Part shown: positions 30,276 through 40,366 of the stretch, in pieces
Numbering within the stretch: the first letter of the stretch is position 1
Layout: every line of letters starts with the position of its first letter
NCBI GenBank assembly: GCA_963707025.1
Contig: CAVPOM010000005.1
Location: forward strand, 544,001 to 608,000
Direction of reading: 5' to 3'
DNA: 64,000 nt
Origin: an uncultured Verrucomicrobiae bacterium
GTDB lineage: Bacteria > Verrucomicrobiota > Verrucomicrobiia > Limisphaerales > Palsa-1400
Translations under genes and position numbers: made by a program
Notes under the pieces: model-generated
What the model was told of the DNA's origin: nothing
Seen by the model: only the letters and a program-made list of their open reading frames with translations
Database searches by the model: none

Positions 30276-31057
30276 GGCGCCTCCCGCTTCAAGTCGAGGG
30301 TCAGTGTGAAACGCGCGCTGACGTAGTGGACCTCGGCGAATTCCATCGGCCTTTTCCCTGTGTCAAACACCGTGTGGCAACGCAACAACAGCGGTTCACG
30401 GAGAGGCACTTGCAAGTGCCGGGACAGCAACCTTGTGGCGCGCACGGCGGAAAGCTCCTCGCGGGCGCTCTCCGCCACCGCACCGGTTACCGCTTCGATC
30501 AGTTCGTAAAGCGGCCGTGAAAAATCCGCCGATGGCGTCAAACGCAGGCGCGGATGAAACCAGGAGCGGGAATGCAGCACGGGCCGGCTTTCCCAGCCGC
30601 GCACGCGATCCAACCGCAGCACTTCGGTTCCCGCCGCGAGGTGCAGCGCCTGGGCCACACGATTGGGAGCGGCAAAGCGGCGCGCCTCCAGAAAATAACC
30701 CTCCACGGTGATGTTCCGGCGCGCCATCTCCCGCGAAAAACTGCGCCACTCGCCGATGCTCGATTCCGCCGGGGCAGGGAGCACGCGCGTGCCGACTCCC
30801 GGCTTGCGTTCCAGCAAGCGCTGATCCACCAGCCGCGTGAGCGCCACGCGCACGGTTCCCCGGCTGATCCCGAATCGGTTGGCGAGCGTCAACTCATCGG
30901 GGAACAGCGCGCCGTTTTGGAACTCCGGCAAGGCCATCATCCGCCGGAGCTCCCGCTCGATTCGCGCATGAAGCGGGGCGGGATCAGACGAATCCACGCC
31001 ACGGAATGGCTTGGCGTTGGACGGGAAGGGACGGAAAGTTGTGGCCGCTCGGTTCAT
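30272..31057 (-). CDS. GntR (HutC/UTRA) transcriptional regulator
   Basis: Start reassigned to MNRAATT; FPDELTLANRFGISRGTVRVAL...GVGTRV wHTH followed by a UTRA domain. Confidence 0.9.
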   Translation of the reverse strand: MNRAATTFRPFPSNAKPFRGVDSSDPAPLHARIERELRRMMALPEFQNGALFPDELTLANRFGISRGTVRVALTRLVDQRLLERKPGVGTRVLPAPAESSIGEWRSFSREMARRNITVEGYFLEARRFAAPNRVAQALHLAAGTEVLRLDRVRGWESRPVLHSRSWFHPRLRLTPSADFSRPLYELIEAVTGAVAESAREELSAVRATRLLSRHLQVPLREPLLLRCHTVFDTGKRPMEFAEVHYVSARFTLTLDLKREAP

Positions 31058-31071
31058 TTGTTTATACAAAT
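31056..31071. promoter_or_regulatory. Putative GntR/HutC operator
   Basis: Palindrome ATTTGT-TTAT-ACAAAT abutting the gntR start, between divergent genes. Confidence 0.6.
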
Positions 31072-31121
31072 AAACAAATAACTTGCCACCATTGCCAGGG
31101 TCAACTAAAAACCACCGCACC

Positions 31122-32507
31122 ATGCACGCGCCACTTTCCCCGGAAACTCCAATCCCCGGCTCCCATTCGCACTCGGGCGGCGGCATCCAGCTTTTCAGCG
31201 CGATCGTTGCCGCGCTCGGCTCATTGCTCTTCGGCTTTGACACGGCCGTGATCTCCGGCGCCACGGAAGCGCTGCGCCAGACGTTTGCGCTCAGCGACAA
31301 CCTGCTCGGGTTTACCGTTTCCAGCGCGCTGATCGGCACGATGGTGGGAGCGCTGGGCGCCGGACGCCCGGCCGATTGGTGGGGACGGCGGCCAGTTCTT
31401 GCGCTGCTTGCCATGTTGTTTCTCATTTCCGCCGCCGGTTGCGCCGGTGCGTGGAACTGGCACGCCCTTCTTTTTTTCCGGTTTCTTGGAGGTGTGGCCG
31501 TGGGAGCGGCCTCGGTTGTCTGCCCGATGTATATTACCGAAATCGCTCCCGCAAAGAAGCGCGGGTTGCTCGTTTCTGTGAGCCAGTTGAACATCGTGGC
31601 TGGCATTCTTCTCGCCTATTTGTCCAACTATCTCGTGGCTCATTTCCTCGGTGCGGAAAATCCGGGCGCGTGGCGCTGGATGTTTGGCGTGATGGCCTTT
31701 CCATCGCTTGTATTTCTGGCCGCCACGCTGGTTATTCCTGAAAGTCCGCGCTGGCTGGTCAAAAAGAATCGGCTGGCCGAGGCCGAAACCGTTCTCGTCC
31801 GCTTCGGCCATGAAGAGCCGGCGCGCGAAAACCGGGAAATTCAGGAATCGCTATCCACCGAAACTGCGGGTGTAAGCGACCGGCTCTTTCAGCGCAAATA
31901 CCTGCGGCCGCTGTTACTCGTCTGCATGGTGGCCGTATTCAATCAACTCGATGGCATCAACGCCGTCATTTACTACACCACGGACATCTTCCGCATGGCC
32001 GGAGCGGACAAAGCGGGCGCGCTGATGCAATCGGTAGTCGTGGGATTGACCAATCTGGTGATGACACTGGCCGGCATGGCGCTGATTGATCGTGTGGGCC
32101 GCAAGGCGCTGTTGCTGGTAGGATCGGTGACGTTTGTGATGTCGCACGCGCTGGCGGCGTGGGTCTTTGCCACCCATGCGCAAGGCTGGATTGTGATGGC
32201 CGCCATGATGGGCGTGGTTGGTTCTCACGCTTACTCACAAGGAGCGGTTGTATGGGTGGTGATCAACGAGTTGCTGCCGAACGCCGTCCGCGCCTCGGGT
32301 TCGGCAGTTGCGTGCTTTTTGATGTGGGTGCTGTGCGCCATTATCGGCTGGGTATTCCCCGTCATCGCCAAGGCCTCCGGCTCGATGGCCTTCGGATTCT
32401 TTGCACTCATGATGGTGCTTCAATTCGTGCTCGTCGCCAAATTCCTGCCAGAAACCAAGGGCGTCAGCCTGGAAGAATTGCAAAAGCGGCTCGGCGGCCA
32501 GCCTTAG
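31122..32507 (+). CDS. Sugar porter family MFS transporter
   Basis: GFDTAVISG, MYITEIAP..RG, PESPRWL, DRVGRK and PETKG. Confidence 0.93.
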   Translation: MHAPLSPETPIPGSHSHSGGGIQLFSAIVAALGSLLFGFDTAVISGATEALRQTFALSDNLLGFTVSSALIGTMVGALGAGRPADWWGRRPVLALLAMLFLISAAGCAGAWNWHALLFFRFLGGVAVGAASVVCPMYITEIAPAKKRGLLVSVSQLNIVAGILLAYLSNYLVAHFLGAENPGAWRWMFGVMAFPSLVFLAATLVIPESPRWLVKKNRLAEAETVLVRFGHEEPARENREIQESLSTETAGVSDRLFQRKYLRPLLLVCMVAVFNQLDGINAVIYYTTDIFRMAGADKAGALMQSVVVGLTNLVMTLAGMALIDRVGRKALLLVGSVTFVMSHALAAWVFATHAQGWIVMAAMMGVVGSHAYSQGAVVWVVINELLPNAVRASGSAVACFLMWVLCAIIGWVFPVIAKASGSMAFGFFALMMVLQFVLVAKFLPETKGVSLEELQKRLGGQP

Positions 32508-33433
32508 ATTGGCGCTACCGTCCTGCCGCGAGCGGACTCGAACAGCGCAAGCGGGTTTTCCTTCAACCCGTTCAAACCGGCCATGACGCACTCGGAATTG
32601 ATGACCGCGCCGTCCCATCCGGTATGGAGTTTCTCCGTTGGGGATGGAACGTAGAGCTGGTCCACTTTTTCCTGGCCGAGGGATTGGTATTTGCGCGCGA
32701 TCAGTTCGTAAAGATCCACGAACGGCGTGCTGGATTCCCTTGCGACTTGGGCGGCCCAGGCGGCATGGGTGGTGTTGTCCCGCCGGAAATGTCCGTCGCC
32801 CGTCCATGCCTTGCGAGGCGTCAGGGAGCAAATAATGGGGGTGCCGCCCTGTTCGCGGGTTTCTTTCACGAACTGCTTCAAATACCAGCCGAAGCTGTGG
32901 ACGGTCTCCGTTTTTCCAGCCAGCACGACGTCCCGGGTTTCCTCCCCGACACCAGTGAGGGCGCCTTTGCCGTTGGCTCCGCCGTTGTCGTTGGCTCCGA
33001 ATTGCAGCATGACGAAATCGCCCTTTTTTATTTGCGGCTTCAAGTTTTGCCAGAAGAAGCCGGTGTAAAAACTGCGGCTGCTCGTGCCGCCAAAAGCGCG
33101 GTTGACGACGTTGATTTTCTCCGGGTCGAAATCCAGCACAATCGGCGCGCCCCAGCCCCATTGCCCCAGGTTGGAGCCGTCGCCCAGCGTGCCGTTGCGC
33201 ACCGTTGAATCGCCGATGATCCACAACGTCGGCAATGCGGGATTCCTGGGCGAGGGCGGAAAATACCTGCCGTTGCCGGGAGCACCGTCCGGCGCGGGCG
33301 GACTGCCCATTTGCGTGTAACGCGGCACGTCACTGATTTTAACCGGCTCGTGGTCGTTGGACAAAGCTTCTGCTGCAAACGCAGGCGCGGTGATCAAAAG
33401 ACCGAGAAGCAATGGAGAAACAAAAGTTTTCAT
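32504..33433 (-). CDS. CE12 rhamnogalacturonan acetylesterase-like SGNH hydrolase
   Basis: Signal peptide, IGDSTV, GWG, GTSSRSF, QFGAND and EKLHT. Confidence 0.85.
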   Translation of the reverse strand: MKTFVSPLLLGLLITAPAFAAEALSNDHEPVKISDVPRYTQMGSPPAPDGAPGNGRYFPPSPRNPALPTLWIIGDSTVRNGTLGDGSNLGQWGWGAPIVLDFDPEKINVVNRAFGGTSSRSFYTGFFWQNLKPQIKKGDFVMLQFGANDNGGANGKGALTGVGEETRDVVLAGKTETVHSFGWYLKQFVKETREQGGTPIICSLTPRKAWTGDGHFRRDNTTHAAWAAQVARESSTPFVDLYELIARKYQSLGQEKVDQLYVPSPTEKLHTGWDGAVINSECVMAGLNGLKENPLALFESARGRTVAPI

Positions 33434-33445
33434 GGGTCTGTTTTC

Positions 33446-34318
33446 CTATTTCGCGGGCGCGGAATTATCGCTGACATATTTCGCGGCGGCGGGTTGGACT
33501 GCCTTGCCCTTTTCCGAAAGCAGCGGCAGGAACGGGCTGTTCTTGAAAGCCTTGAGGCCGGAGACGATGGAGGAGGCGACGATTTCTGCGCCGGGCACAT
33601 AAGTATGGTTATGGTCGCTGAATAATTTGTTCACATCTTCGCGTCCCGTCGCCTCGAATTTGTCGGCGCAAAAATCGGTGAGATCGAAAACAGGAAGGTG
33701 AAGCTCCGCTCCGACGTCCTTCGTCCATTGCGTGAATTTTCCGCCGGCCGTGCCGCGCTCGATTTTATCCTGTTTGGGATCATAGTCGGCGGGTAACGGA
33801 GCGACCGGGGTGCCATCGGTGAATTGCACCCTCGGATTGCTCCAGATGTTGCGCGCAGTGACGGTCAGCAAGAAAACGCGCGCGCCTTTCTCCAGCGCTT
33901 CGGTGGCCATCTTGGACATATACCAGCCGTAAGTGTGGACTGGCTGACCGTTCCGCTCGACCGTTTCATTGCCAAGACCCGGAGGAGTGGAACCGTCGTT
34001 GATTCCAAACACCACCAGCACAAAATCACCCGATTTGATTTGCGGGAGAACATTCGGCCAGTCCCCGTTGTAATAGGCAAGGCTGGATCTCCCCGCGTGG
34101 CCGACATTTTTAACGATCACCTTGTCGGGATCAAAAAAGCTGGCGATGGGCGTGCCCCAGCCAGCCACCGGCTGGCCATTTCTTCCGTGGCCGGAGTTTT
34201 TTGCCGTCGAGTCGCCGCAGACGAAAATTGCGGGTTTGTTCGTGCTATTTTGCGCGCGAACCCATTCCGCCATGCCGAGCAGACCCATGAAAAGTGCCAG
34301 CACTAATTTGGTTGTCAT
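33446..34318 (-). CDS. CE12 rhamnogalacturonan acetylesterase-like SGNH hydrolase
   Basis: Signal peptide, CGDSTA, GWG, GRSS, FGIND and DHNHT. Confidence 0.85.
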   Translation of the reverse strand: MTTKLVLALFMGLLGMAEWVRAQNSTNKPAIFVCGDSTAKNSGHGRNGQPVAGWGTPIASFFDPDKVIVKNVGHAGRSSLAYYNGDWPNVLPQIKSGDFVLVVFGINDGSTPPGLGNETVERNGQPVHTYGWYMSKMATEALEKGARVFLLTVTARNIWSNPRVQFTDGTPVAPLPADYDPKQDKIERGTAGGKFTQWTKDVGAELHLPVFDLTDFCADKFEATGREDVNKLFSDHNHTYVPGAEIVASSIVSGLKAFKNSPFLPLLSEKGKAVQPAAAKYVSDNSAPAK

Positions 34319-34643
34319 TTTTTAGTTCTACTAAAGGTCTTTGCATTTAAGCATCGGCATCGCCTTGCAAGCAAATGCAATATATGAGAACAGCGATATC
34401 CACTCGCTCGCTTCACAAATCGCCGCTGCAATAGATGATGCAAAGGGCGGTGGAAGCGAAGCCATTCTCCCGTCACCAACCCATCCGCCCATCGTTACCC
34501 CGCTCCTTTAAACCTGCCTTTCGCCAGTCTATGGCAAATTTCCGTTCTGATAATCGATTCCCTGGATTTGTTGAGCGAAATTGCAGGCAAGCGGCTGCAC
34601 GCCGGCCGTAAACGACAGTAGGATGGCGAATCCGGCCAATATT

Positions 34644-35414
34644 TTATCGGCTAAGTTTTGCGGCCGAATCATTGTCCAAAAAAAGCATGGCAGCAGGATG
34701 GCGGCGCAGGATGGTGGCGGGACAGGCCGCCGAGACCGGCCCTTGGAGGGTCGCGGCCACGGCGGCCGCCTTGCGCGGACCGGGCACGACGCAGACCAGC
34801 GCCCGTGCGGACATGATGGTGGGACAGGTGAGCGTGATCGCTTGCCGAGGCACATCTTCCAAACTCGGAAAGCACCCGTCATGGACCTGCTGGCAACGGC
34901 AGGCGTGATCGAGGGTCACCACTTTGACGGCCGCAGGATCGTTGAAATCGGCGAGGGGCGGGTCGTTAAAGGCGATGTGCCCATTTTCGCCGATGCCGAG
35001 GCAAACCAGGTCAATTGGCCCTTGCGCGAGCAGCGCGCCATAGCGCGCGCATTCGGCCTCGGGATCAGGCGATTCGCCGGCGATGCCGTGAAATTTGGCC
35101 GGCGTCACCATCCGAAGGAGCGACTGGTGTTGATAATGGCGGAAAGACGCGGGGTGATCGGCGGACAGGCCGACATATTCGTCAAGATGGAAAATGGTGA
35201 CGCGGGTCCAGTCGCTCCTCGCCGCCGCGCCCAGGCCGGCAAGCAATTCATTCTGCGAGGGGGCGCTGGCCACGATGATCCGGGCGGCAGCCTGGCGTTC
35301 GAGGGCGCGGCGCAAGATCCGCGCTGCCTGGAGCGCGGCGGCCCGGCCGGCGTCGGCGCGGTTGGAATGGATTTCCACCTGAAGCTTGTCCACTTTAAAC
35401 ATTTGATTGTTCAT
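34644..35414 (-). CDS. nagB: Glucosamine-6-phosphate deaminase family protein
   Basis: FHLDEYVGL..HPASF, LGIGENGHIAFNDP, AITLT and PATILRRH. Confidence 0.85.
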   Translation of the reverse strand: MNNQMFKVDKLQVEIHSNRADAGRAAALQAARILRRALERQAAARIIVASAPSQNELLAGLGAAARSDWTRVTIFHLDEYVGLSADHPASFRHYQHQSLLRMVTPAKFHGIAGESPDPEAECARYGALLAQGPIDLVCLGIGENGHIAFNDPPLADFNDPAAVKVVTLDHACRCQQVHDGCFPSLEDVPRQAITLTCPTIMSARALVCVVPGPRKAAAVAATLQGPVSAACPATILRRHPAAMLFLDNDSAAKLSR

Positions 35415-36349
35415 TTGATTGCGGGTAACGCGATGTCAAACGCGGCGGCGACCGCCGTTGAAAACAAACGGCGCGCCTCCGTCGGCGGCAGGCCGAGCCA
35501 TTTTTCCACATTGCGCACGCCTGCGGCGGGACAAAGCGACGAACCGGCAAAATGCCGCGTGCCGGGAGAATACACGACCCCATCGCCGCCAACTTCGGTG
35601 GCGATGTGCCCGAGAGTGTAGCGCCCGGGAGGAGCGCCCGCTGCGGCCATGCAATCGGTGGTGAACAACGCTTTCCCAGCCAGTTTGGCGCGGAAGAAAT
35701 TCCGCAGCACATTTGGCGGCAAATGAATGCCGTCCGGGATAAAAAACGCCGTCAATTCATCGCGCGCCAGCAAGCGTTGAATAACATTGTCGTGGCGGGG
35801 CAATTCCAACGGCACGGCGTTGCCCAAATGAGTGCAAAAGCGCGCGCCGGCATCAATGGCAGCATCAATGTCGCGGTTGCTGGCGTTGGTATGGCCGAGG
35901 GAGACCCGCACTCCCATGGCCGCTGCTGCGGCAATCAACTCGACGGCTCCCGGGATTTCCGGCGCGATGGTCAACAATCGGATGTTTCCACCCGCAGCCT
36001 CCTGCAGGCGTGCAAACGCACTGATCTCCGCAGCAGGAAGCGCCTTTGGATTGTGAGCCCCGCGATAGCCCGGTTCGGGCGACAGCCACGGCCCTTCGAG
36101 ATGATAGCCGCAAATGGCTTCGGCGATAGAGCGGTCGGAGGCGCGGCTGCGCTCGAGATTCTGAAATTTTTGCGCGAGCATGGCGATTTCATCCGTGATC
36201 AAGGTGACGAAGAAGCGCGCCGTCTCGTGCGCGGCCAGGGCATCCACCGCCCGGCGCACGGCGGCGGCGGAGAGGCCGGGCTGCTGAAAATCGACTCCGG
36301 CGAAACCATTGACCTGGACATCGAACAGACTGGATTGGGGCGTGCTCAC
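35411..36349 (-). CDS. nagA: N-acetylglucosamine-6-phosphate deacetylase
   Basis: DVQVNGFAG, HLEGP, TIAPE, GHT, THLGN, DGIH and TD; probable GTG start at 36349. Confidence 0.87.
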   Translation of the reverse strand: MSTPQSSLFDVQVNGFAGVDFQQPGLSAAAVRRAVDALAAHETARFFVTLITDEIAMLAQKFQNLERSRASDRSIAEAICGYHLEGPWLSPEPGYRGAHNPKALPAAEISAFARLQEAAGGNIRLLTIAPEIPGAVELIAAAAAMGVRVSLGHTNASNRDIDAAIDAGARFCTHLGNAVPLELPRHDNVIQRLLARDELTAFFIPDGIHLPPNVLRNFFRAKLAGKALFTTDCMAAAGAPPGRYTLGHIATEVGGDGVVYSPGTRHFAGSSLCPAAGVRNVEKWLGLPPTEARRLFSTAVAAAFDIALPAIK

Positions 36350-36683
36350 GCGATCAGGAACGGCGGCGCGTGCCGGCGAACCCATCGCTCGCCAGAACAA
36401 GCTGGATCAGGCCCTGAAAGCCGATCAAATTCAGCAGGGACGCTCGGCGCACATTCACGCGTTGAGTTTAGCGAAGGGCTTGTTCCGTCCCAAGCTCAAT
36501 TTCGACCCTCGTTGCGTCGGCGGCCAGGACGGGCAGATGAACCATCAGGCGTGTGGGTCAACCTCAGTAAAACTCTGCGCCGCGGCGACAGCATGAGGGC
36601 AGGCCAGGCGCAGCGTTTGTAATTGGCGGCTGCGCTCTTCAGGCAGAAGGCGGCCAGCAAAGGCAGGCTGGGCATCCGGGCGA

Positions 36684-37901
36684 TCATGCGGCGGGAACTT
36701 CGGATGGGCCGGTGTTCGGGAGAAATTTCCAAACCACCAGGAATGCCAACGGGTGCATCAGGGCGGCCCCAATAAACATCGGCGTGTAAGAAACATGGGA
36801 GACGACGTATCCGGTGCAGAGGTTCGCCAGAACGCCGCCGACCGCGCCACCCATTCCGGAGAGACCGGCGGCGGTGCCGATTTCCCATGGGTGAAACAGG
36901 TCGGCCGGAAGCGTCATCAAGTTGGTGACCCAGATGGCGTGCCCAAATACGATGCCGCAGGTCACGCCAATCGCCACTGCGGCGGAGGGAGCGAACGGCA
37001 CAAGCGCCGCAACGGGCAAGACGGCGGCGCCCAGTCCCATTGCCACTTTGCGGGCTCGGGACACGCTCGGTTGAAAACGGGTGAAACGACCGGAAAGCCA
37101 GCCGCCGAAAACATAGCCGACATCACCGAAGACGTAAGGCATCCAAGCGAATTCGCCAATCCTATTCAAATCGAAACCGCGCTCCTTTTGCAGATAAGCC
37201 GGGAACCAGAAAATGACGAAATAAATCACCGGGTCGGTCAAAAACCGCGCCACCATCAGGACCGCGCAAGGGCGGGTCAAAAGAACGTCGCGCCAGTGCG
37301 CGCGGCGCCGGGTTGCGGTGCCAATGGCCCTGAAACCGGGATAAATGAGCAACCAGAAGAGCAGCCAGATCACGCCCAGTGCGCCGGTAAAAACGAAGGC
37401 GCTGCGCCAGCCATAGCGCAATCCGAGCCACGCCGCGAGGGGCGCCGCCAAAGCGGCCCCAAGGGACGAACCCGCATTGAAAATCCCGACTCCCACGGCG
37501 CGTTGCTCCGGCGGGAACCATTCTCCTACGGCCCTCGTGGCAGCGGGAAAACTTCCCGGTTCGCTCAACCCGAGCAAAAACCGGCAGAAGCCAAGGCTCC
37601 ATTTCCCCCGGGCGAGCGCGTGCAACATTTGCGCCACCGACCATGTGAAGACGAACAACGCCATCCCCATTTTTGTTCCCAACTGATCCACAATGTATCC
37701 CGCCCCGGCGTACATAATCGCGTAGGCGACCAAAAACAAACTGACGATGTGGGCGTAATCCATTTCGCTCAACCCCAGGCTGGAACTGACGGTTGTCACC
37801 AACACACCCAAGGCGCCGCGATCGGTATAATTGATGACTGTAACCAGGAGCAGCAAGGCCGCGATGGTCCACTTCATCAGGCGCGTTCGCCCTGCCTTCA
37901 T
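36684..37901 (-). CDS. MFS transporter (ExuT/ACS-like)
   Basis: INYTDR, EPGSFPA, EWFPPEQR and RFLTDPV.YF; 12-TM pattern. Confidence 0.88.
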   Translation of the reverse strand: MKAGRTRLMKWTIAALLLLVTVINYTDRGALGVLVTTVSSSLGLSEMDYAHIVSLFLVAYAIMYAGAGYIVDQLGTKMGMALFVFTWSVAQMLHALARGKWSLGFCRFLLGLSEPGSFPAATRAVGEWFPPEQRAVGVGIFNAGSSLGAALAAPLAAWLGLRYGWRSAFVFTGALGVIWLLFWLLIYPGFRAIGTATRRRAHWRDVLLTRPCAVLMVARFLTDPVIYFVIFWFPAYLQKERGFDLNRIGEFAWMPYVFGDVGYVFGGWLSGRFTRFQPSVSRARKVAMGLGAAVLPVAALVPFAPSAAVAIGVTCGIVFGHAIWVTNLMTLPADLFHPWEIGTAAGLSGMGGAVGGVLANLCTGYVVSHVSYTPMFIGAALMHPLAFLVVWKFLPNTGPSEVPAA

Positions 37902-39064
37902 GGCTGCGCCTTCCGCAAGAGTTCAATGATCAGGATGGCGGCCCGCGGAAGGTGGAACGGGTCTTTGACCGGCAGCGCCACCACTGTGTTGATGGGGCGT
38001 CCCTGACGGTCCAGGCGCTGGCGCCACTCGCCCACTCCGGGCATCAAAAAATGGTCGAACGCCCAGCGATGGACCCGTTCATACCATTGCTGGCACCAGC
38101 TTTCGCCGGTGAGATGATGCGCCAGCAGCAAGGCGTAAAGGGCCTCCGTGTGGGGCCACCAGATTTTGGTGTCGGAATGCGCCTGGAAAGGCGCGCCGCC
38201 CTCGGCGTCAATACCAAGAAACAGGCCGCCGTATTCCGGATCCCATCCTTTTTCGAGATGCCAGCGAATAACTTTCGCGGCGGAACCAACCGTCTCCCGG
38301 TCGCCACGCGCCACCGCGCGATGGATCGTAAACCACATCGATTCGATGGCGTGTCCGGGCATGACAAACGTTCCTTCCGGGCCGGGAATTTCATTGTAAT
38401 TGCGGTCGAGAAATTCGATCAGGCATTGCCGCTGCGGACGAACAAAGTGACGCATGACGCGGTCCGAATAAGCATCGGCCGCGCCAGCAAGCCGGCGGTC
38501 GTTGAGGGTGCGCGCGTATTCCCCGGCAACCTCGGTGAGGATCATGGGGATGCCGTGATTGCGCCGATTGGGCGGCAACTGGTACGGCGCCGTCTCGGAG
38601 AAATCCAGAGCTTCTACCCGCTGCTGGATTCGGTCGAAAATGGCGCGCGCTTCAGCGAGGAACCTCGAATCAGGCGAGGCGCGGCAATATTCAGAAATTC
38701 CGTACACCACGAAACAATCCGAATAAATGCTGATCGGGCCATCCAGGATGTGGCCGGCGCGGTTGGTGCGATAAGCAAAACGTCCCTGTTCGTCGCGGCA
38801 ATTCTTGAGCAGGAACTCGATGGCCGCCCGCGCCCACTCCAGGAATTGCGGACGTTTCTCGATGCGATTGTAGAGTGCGGAACAGACCCACGCCCAGCGG
38901 GCTTGAGACCAAACATATTTGTCATCGCTGACGCGCCGGCCATCTTCCTCCATGCACGACAACACGCCGCCATACTTTTCATCAACGCCATATCGTGTCC
39001 AGAAGGGCACGACGCCATCGAGCAGTAATTCCGTGTAATCGCGCAACAGTTGGTTTCCAGTCAT
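37898..39064 (-). CDS. N-acylglucosamine 2-epimerase (AGE family)
   Basis: KYVWSQAR, PGHAIESMWF, GWDPEYGG, KIWWPHTE and KDPFHLPR. Confidence 0.9.
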   Translation of the reverse strand: MTGNQLLRDYTELLLDGVVPFWTRYGVDEKYGGVLSCMEEDGRRVSDDKYVWSQARWAWVCSALYNRIEKRPQFLEWARAAIEFLLKNCRDEQGRFAYRTNRAGHILDGPISIYSDCFVVYGISEYCRASPDSRFLAEARAIFDRIQQRVEALDFSETAPYQLPPNRRNHGIPMILTEVAGEYARTLNDRRLAGAADAYSDRVMRHFVRPQRQCLIEFLDRNYNEIPGPEGTFVMPGHAIESMWFTIHRAVARGDRETVGSAAKVIRWHLEKGWDPEYGGLFLGIDAEGGAPFQAHSDTKIWWPHTEALYALLLAHHLTGESWCQQWYERVHRWAFDHFLMPGVGEWRQRLDRQGRPINTVVALPVKDPFHLPRAAILIIELLRKAQP

Positions 39065-39714
39065 GGGCCGGAGGGAGAATGCTCCCGGACGGTTCGATAG
39101 ATTCCACCCGGGTCAAGGCGCATGGCGCAGGACATCAGCATAAACATCGAAAGCTGAGTCAGGGATGGATCCTTGTCAAATATAGCTTCCAGCCGGTGCA
39201 GATCGGCGTCGCCCAGCGCGGCCAATTGGGCGCCATCGGGCCGGCGTGGGGAAAAGACGTGTTCATGGAAAGGCAATCCGCCGAATTTCATTCCCCAGCC
39301 CTGTGTCGGTGGCCATTGCCGGGCCGGGATCGGCAGGCTTTGATGGTGGGTGATCCAATTAAAACACCAGGCGACTTTCGCATCCGCGCCGCAAAAGAGG
39401 ACAAGCGACAAGGAAAGAATCCGGAGACGTTTCATGAAAAGAAAATTATATGCCTGGCAGGGTAATGGCTTCGTTGGTGGCAGGCTTCCAGTTGACCGTC
39501 GCCTCGTGTCCATCCACAAAGCCGGTATTGGCATTGCCATTATGACGGGTAGTTAACCGGGATTTCCCATTTGATTTCTTGCCCACGAACAGCGCGGGCC
39601 TTTTTTATGATTTTTCGCCTGCTCCTCAGATTTGCAACTCTTTTTTCCGGTCCATCCTCCAGATTTCCTCCGGCAAAGGGGTGCTTCGCTGCGATTTGTG
39701 CCCTTCCGCACGCT

Positions 39715-40122
39715 TTGCGGAGTGATTTCGTCGAGTTGAAGTTCCCACAGGCCCGGCCACGATTTTTCAATTTTCAACAGACACAACAACCGATATTCCC
39801 TGCTGCGCGGTTTGATCCCCAAGTCATTTTCAAGCTCCCGTTTGAACGCTTCCGCGGCTTCACTGAATTTTGGCGGAGCGATTCGCTGGCGGATCTCTTG
39901 ATGCTTTTTCAAAAAGTCGGTCAGCCGCAGCTTTGCGGTTGTCCAAACATTCGTGTCCAGAGTCTCACGAATGATCTTGCCGCCGACTTTTATTCGGCCA
40001 TAATAATTATCGTTGCTGGCGTATTGCAGCAGATGCGGCACTTTCGGAAAAGAGCGCCATTTGCCATCTCTGGACAAATGTTCCTCTCGTTTCCGATCCG
40101 CAGGCTCGGTATCCGATTTCAT
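39715..40122 (-). pseudogene. Truncated tyrosine integrase (N-terminal arm/core-binding part only)
   Basis: YYGRIKVGGKIIRETLDT..WTTAK and PKFSEAAE...IKPRSREYR...LDEITP; no catalytic domain; adjacent to a tRNA. Confidence 0.7.
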
Positions 40123-40196
40123 GAAATGATTTTACGGGATGCAAAGAAAAAATGGGGGCAATTTGCGTATTTGTAAGTGCTTGATAATCAACATGC

Positions 40197-40286
40197 GGAA
40201 GGGTGGCTGAGTGGTTGAAGGCACCTGACTCGAAATCAGGCTTAGGGGTAACCCTAACGTGGGTTCGAATCCCACCCCTTCCGCCA
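40197..40286 (+). tRNA. tRNA-Ser(CGA)
   Basis: Acceptor GGAAGGG/CCCTTCC-G-CCA; anticodon arm CCTGA-CT-CGA-AA-TCAGG; long variable arm; GGTTCGAATCC T-loop. Confidence 0.97.
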
Positions 40287-40343
40287 TTTGTGTAAATACA
40301 TGGACATAAATGAGTTATGAGTTTCTTGATCTTCTCAAACAAT

Positions 40344-40366
40344 AAGTCATAACTTAAAGTCATAAC
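40344..40366 (+). repeat. Tandem 10-bp direct repeat, candidate integrase arm-type sites
   Basis: AAGTCATAAC at 40344 and 40357, about 60 bp downstream of the tRNA. Confidence 0.5.

Noticed and set aside
30272..31606. 444-aa extended GntR
   Set aside because: The extension is antisense to the sugar porter; the start at 31057 fits better.
39061..39540. Possible lyase/aldolase C-terminal remnant upstream of AGE
   Set aside because: No diagnostic motif; I cannot assign it.
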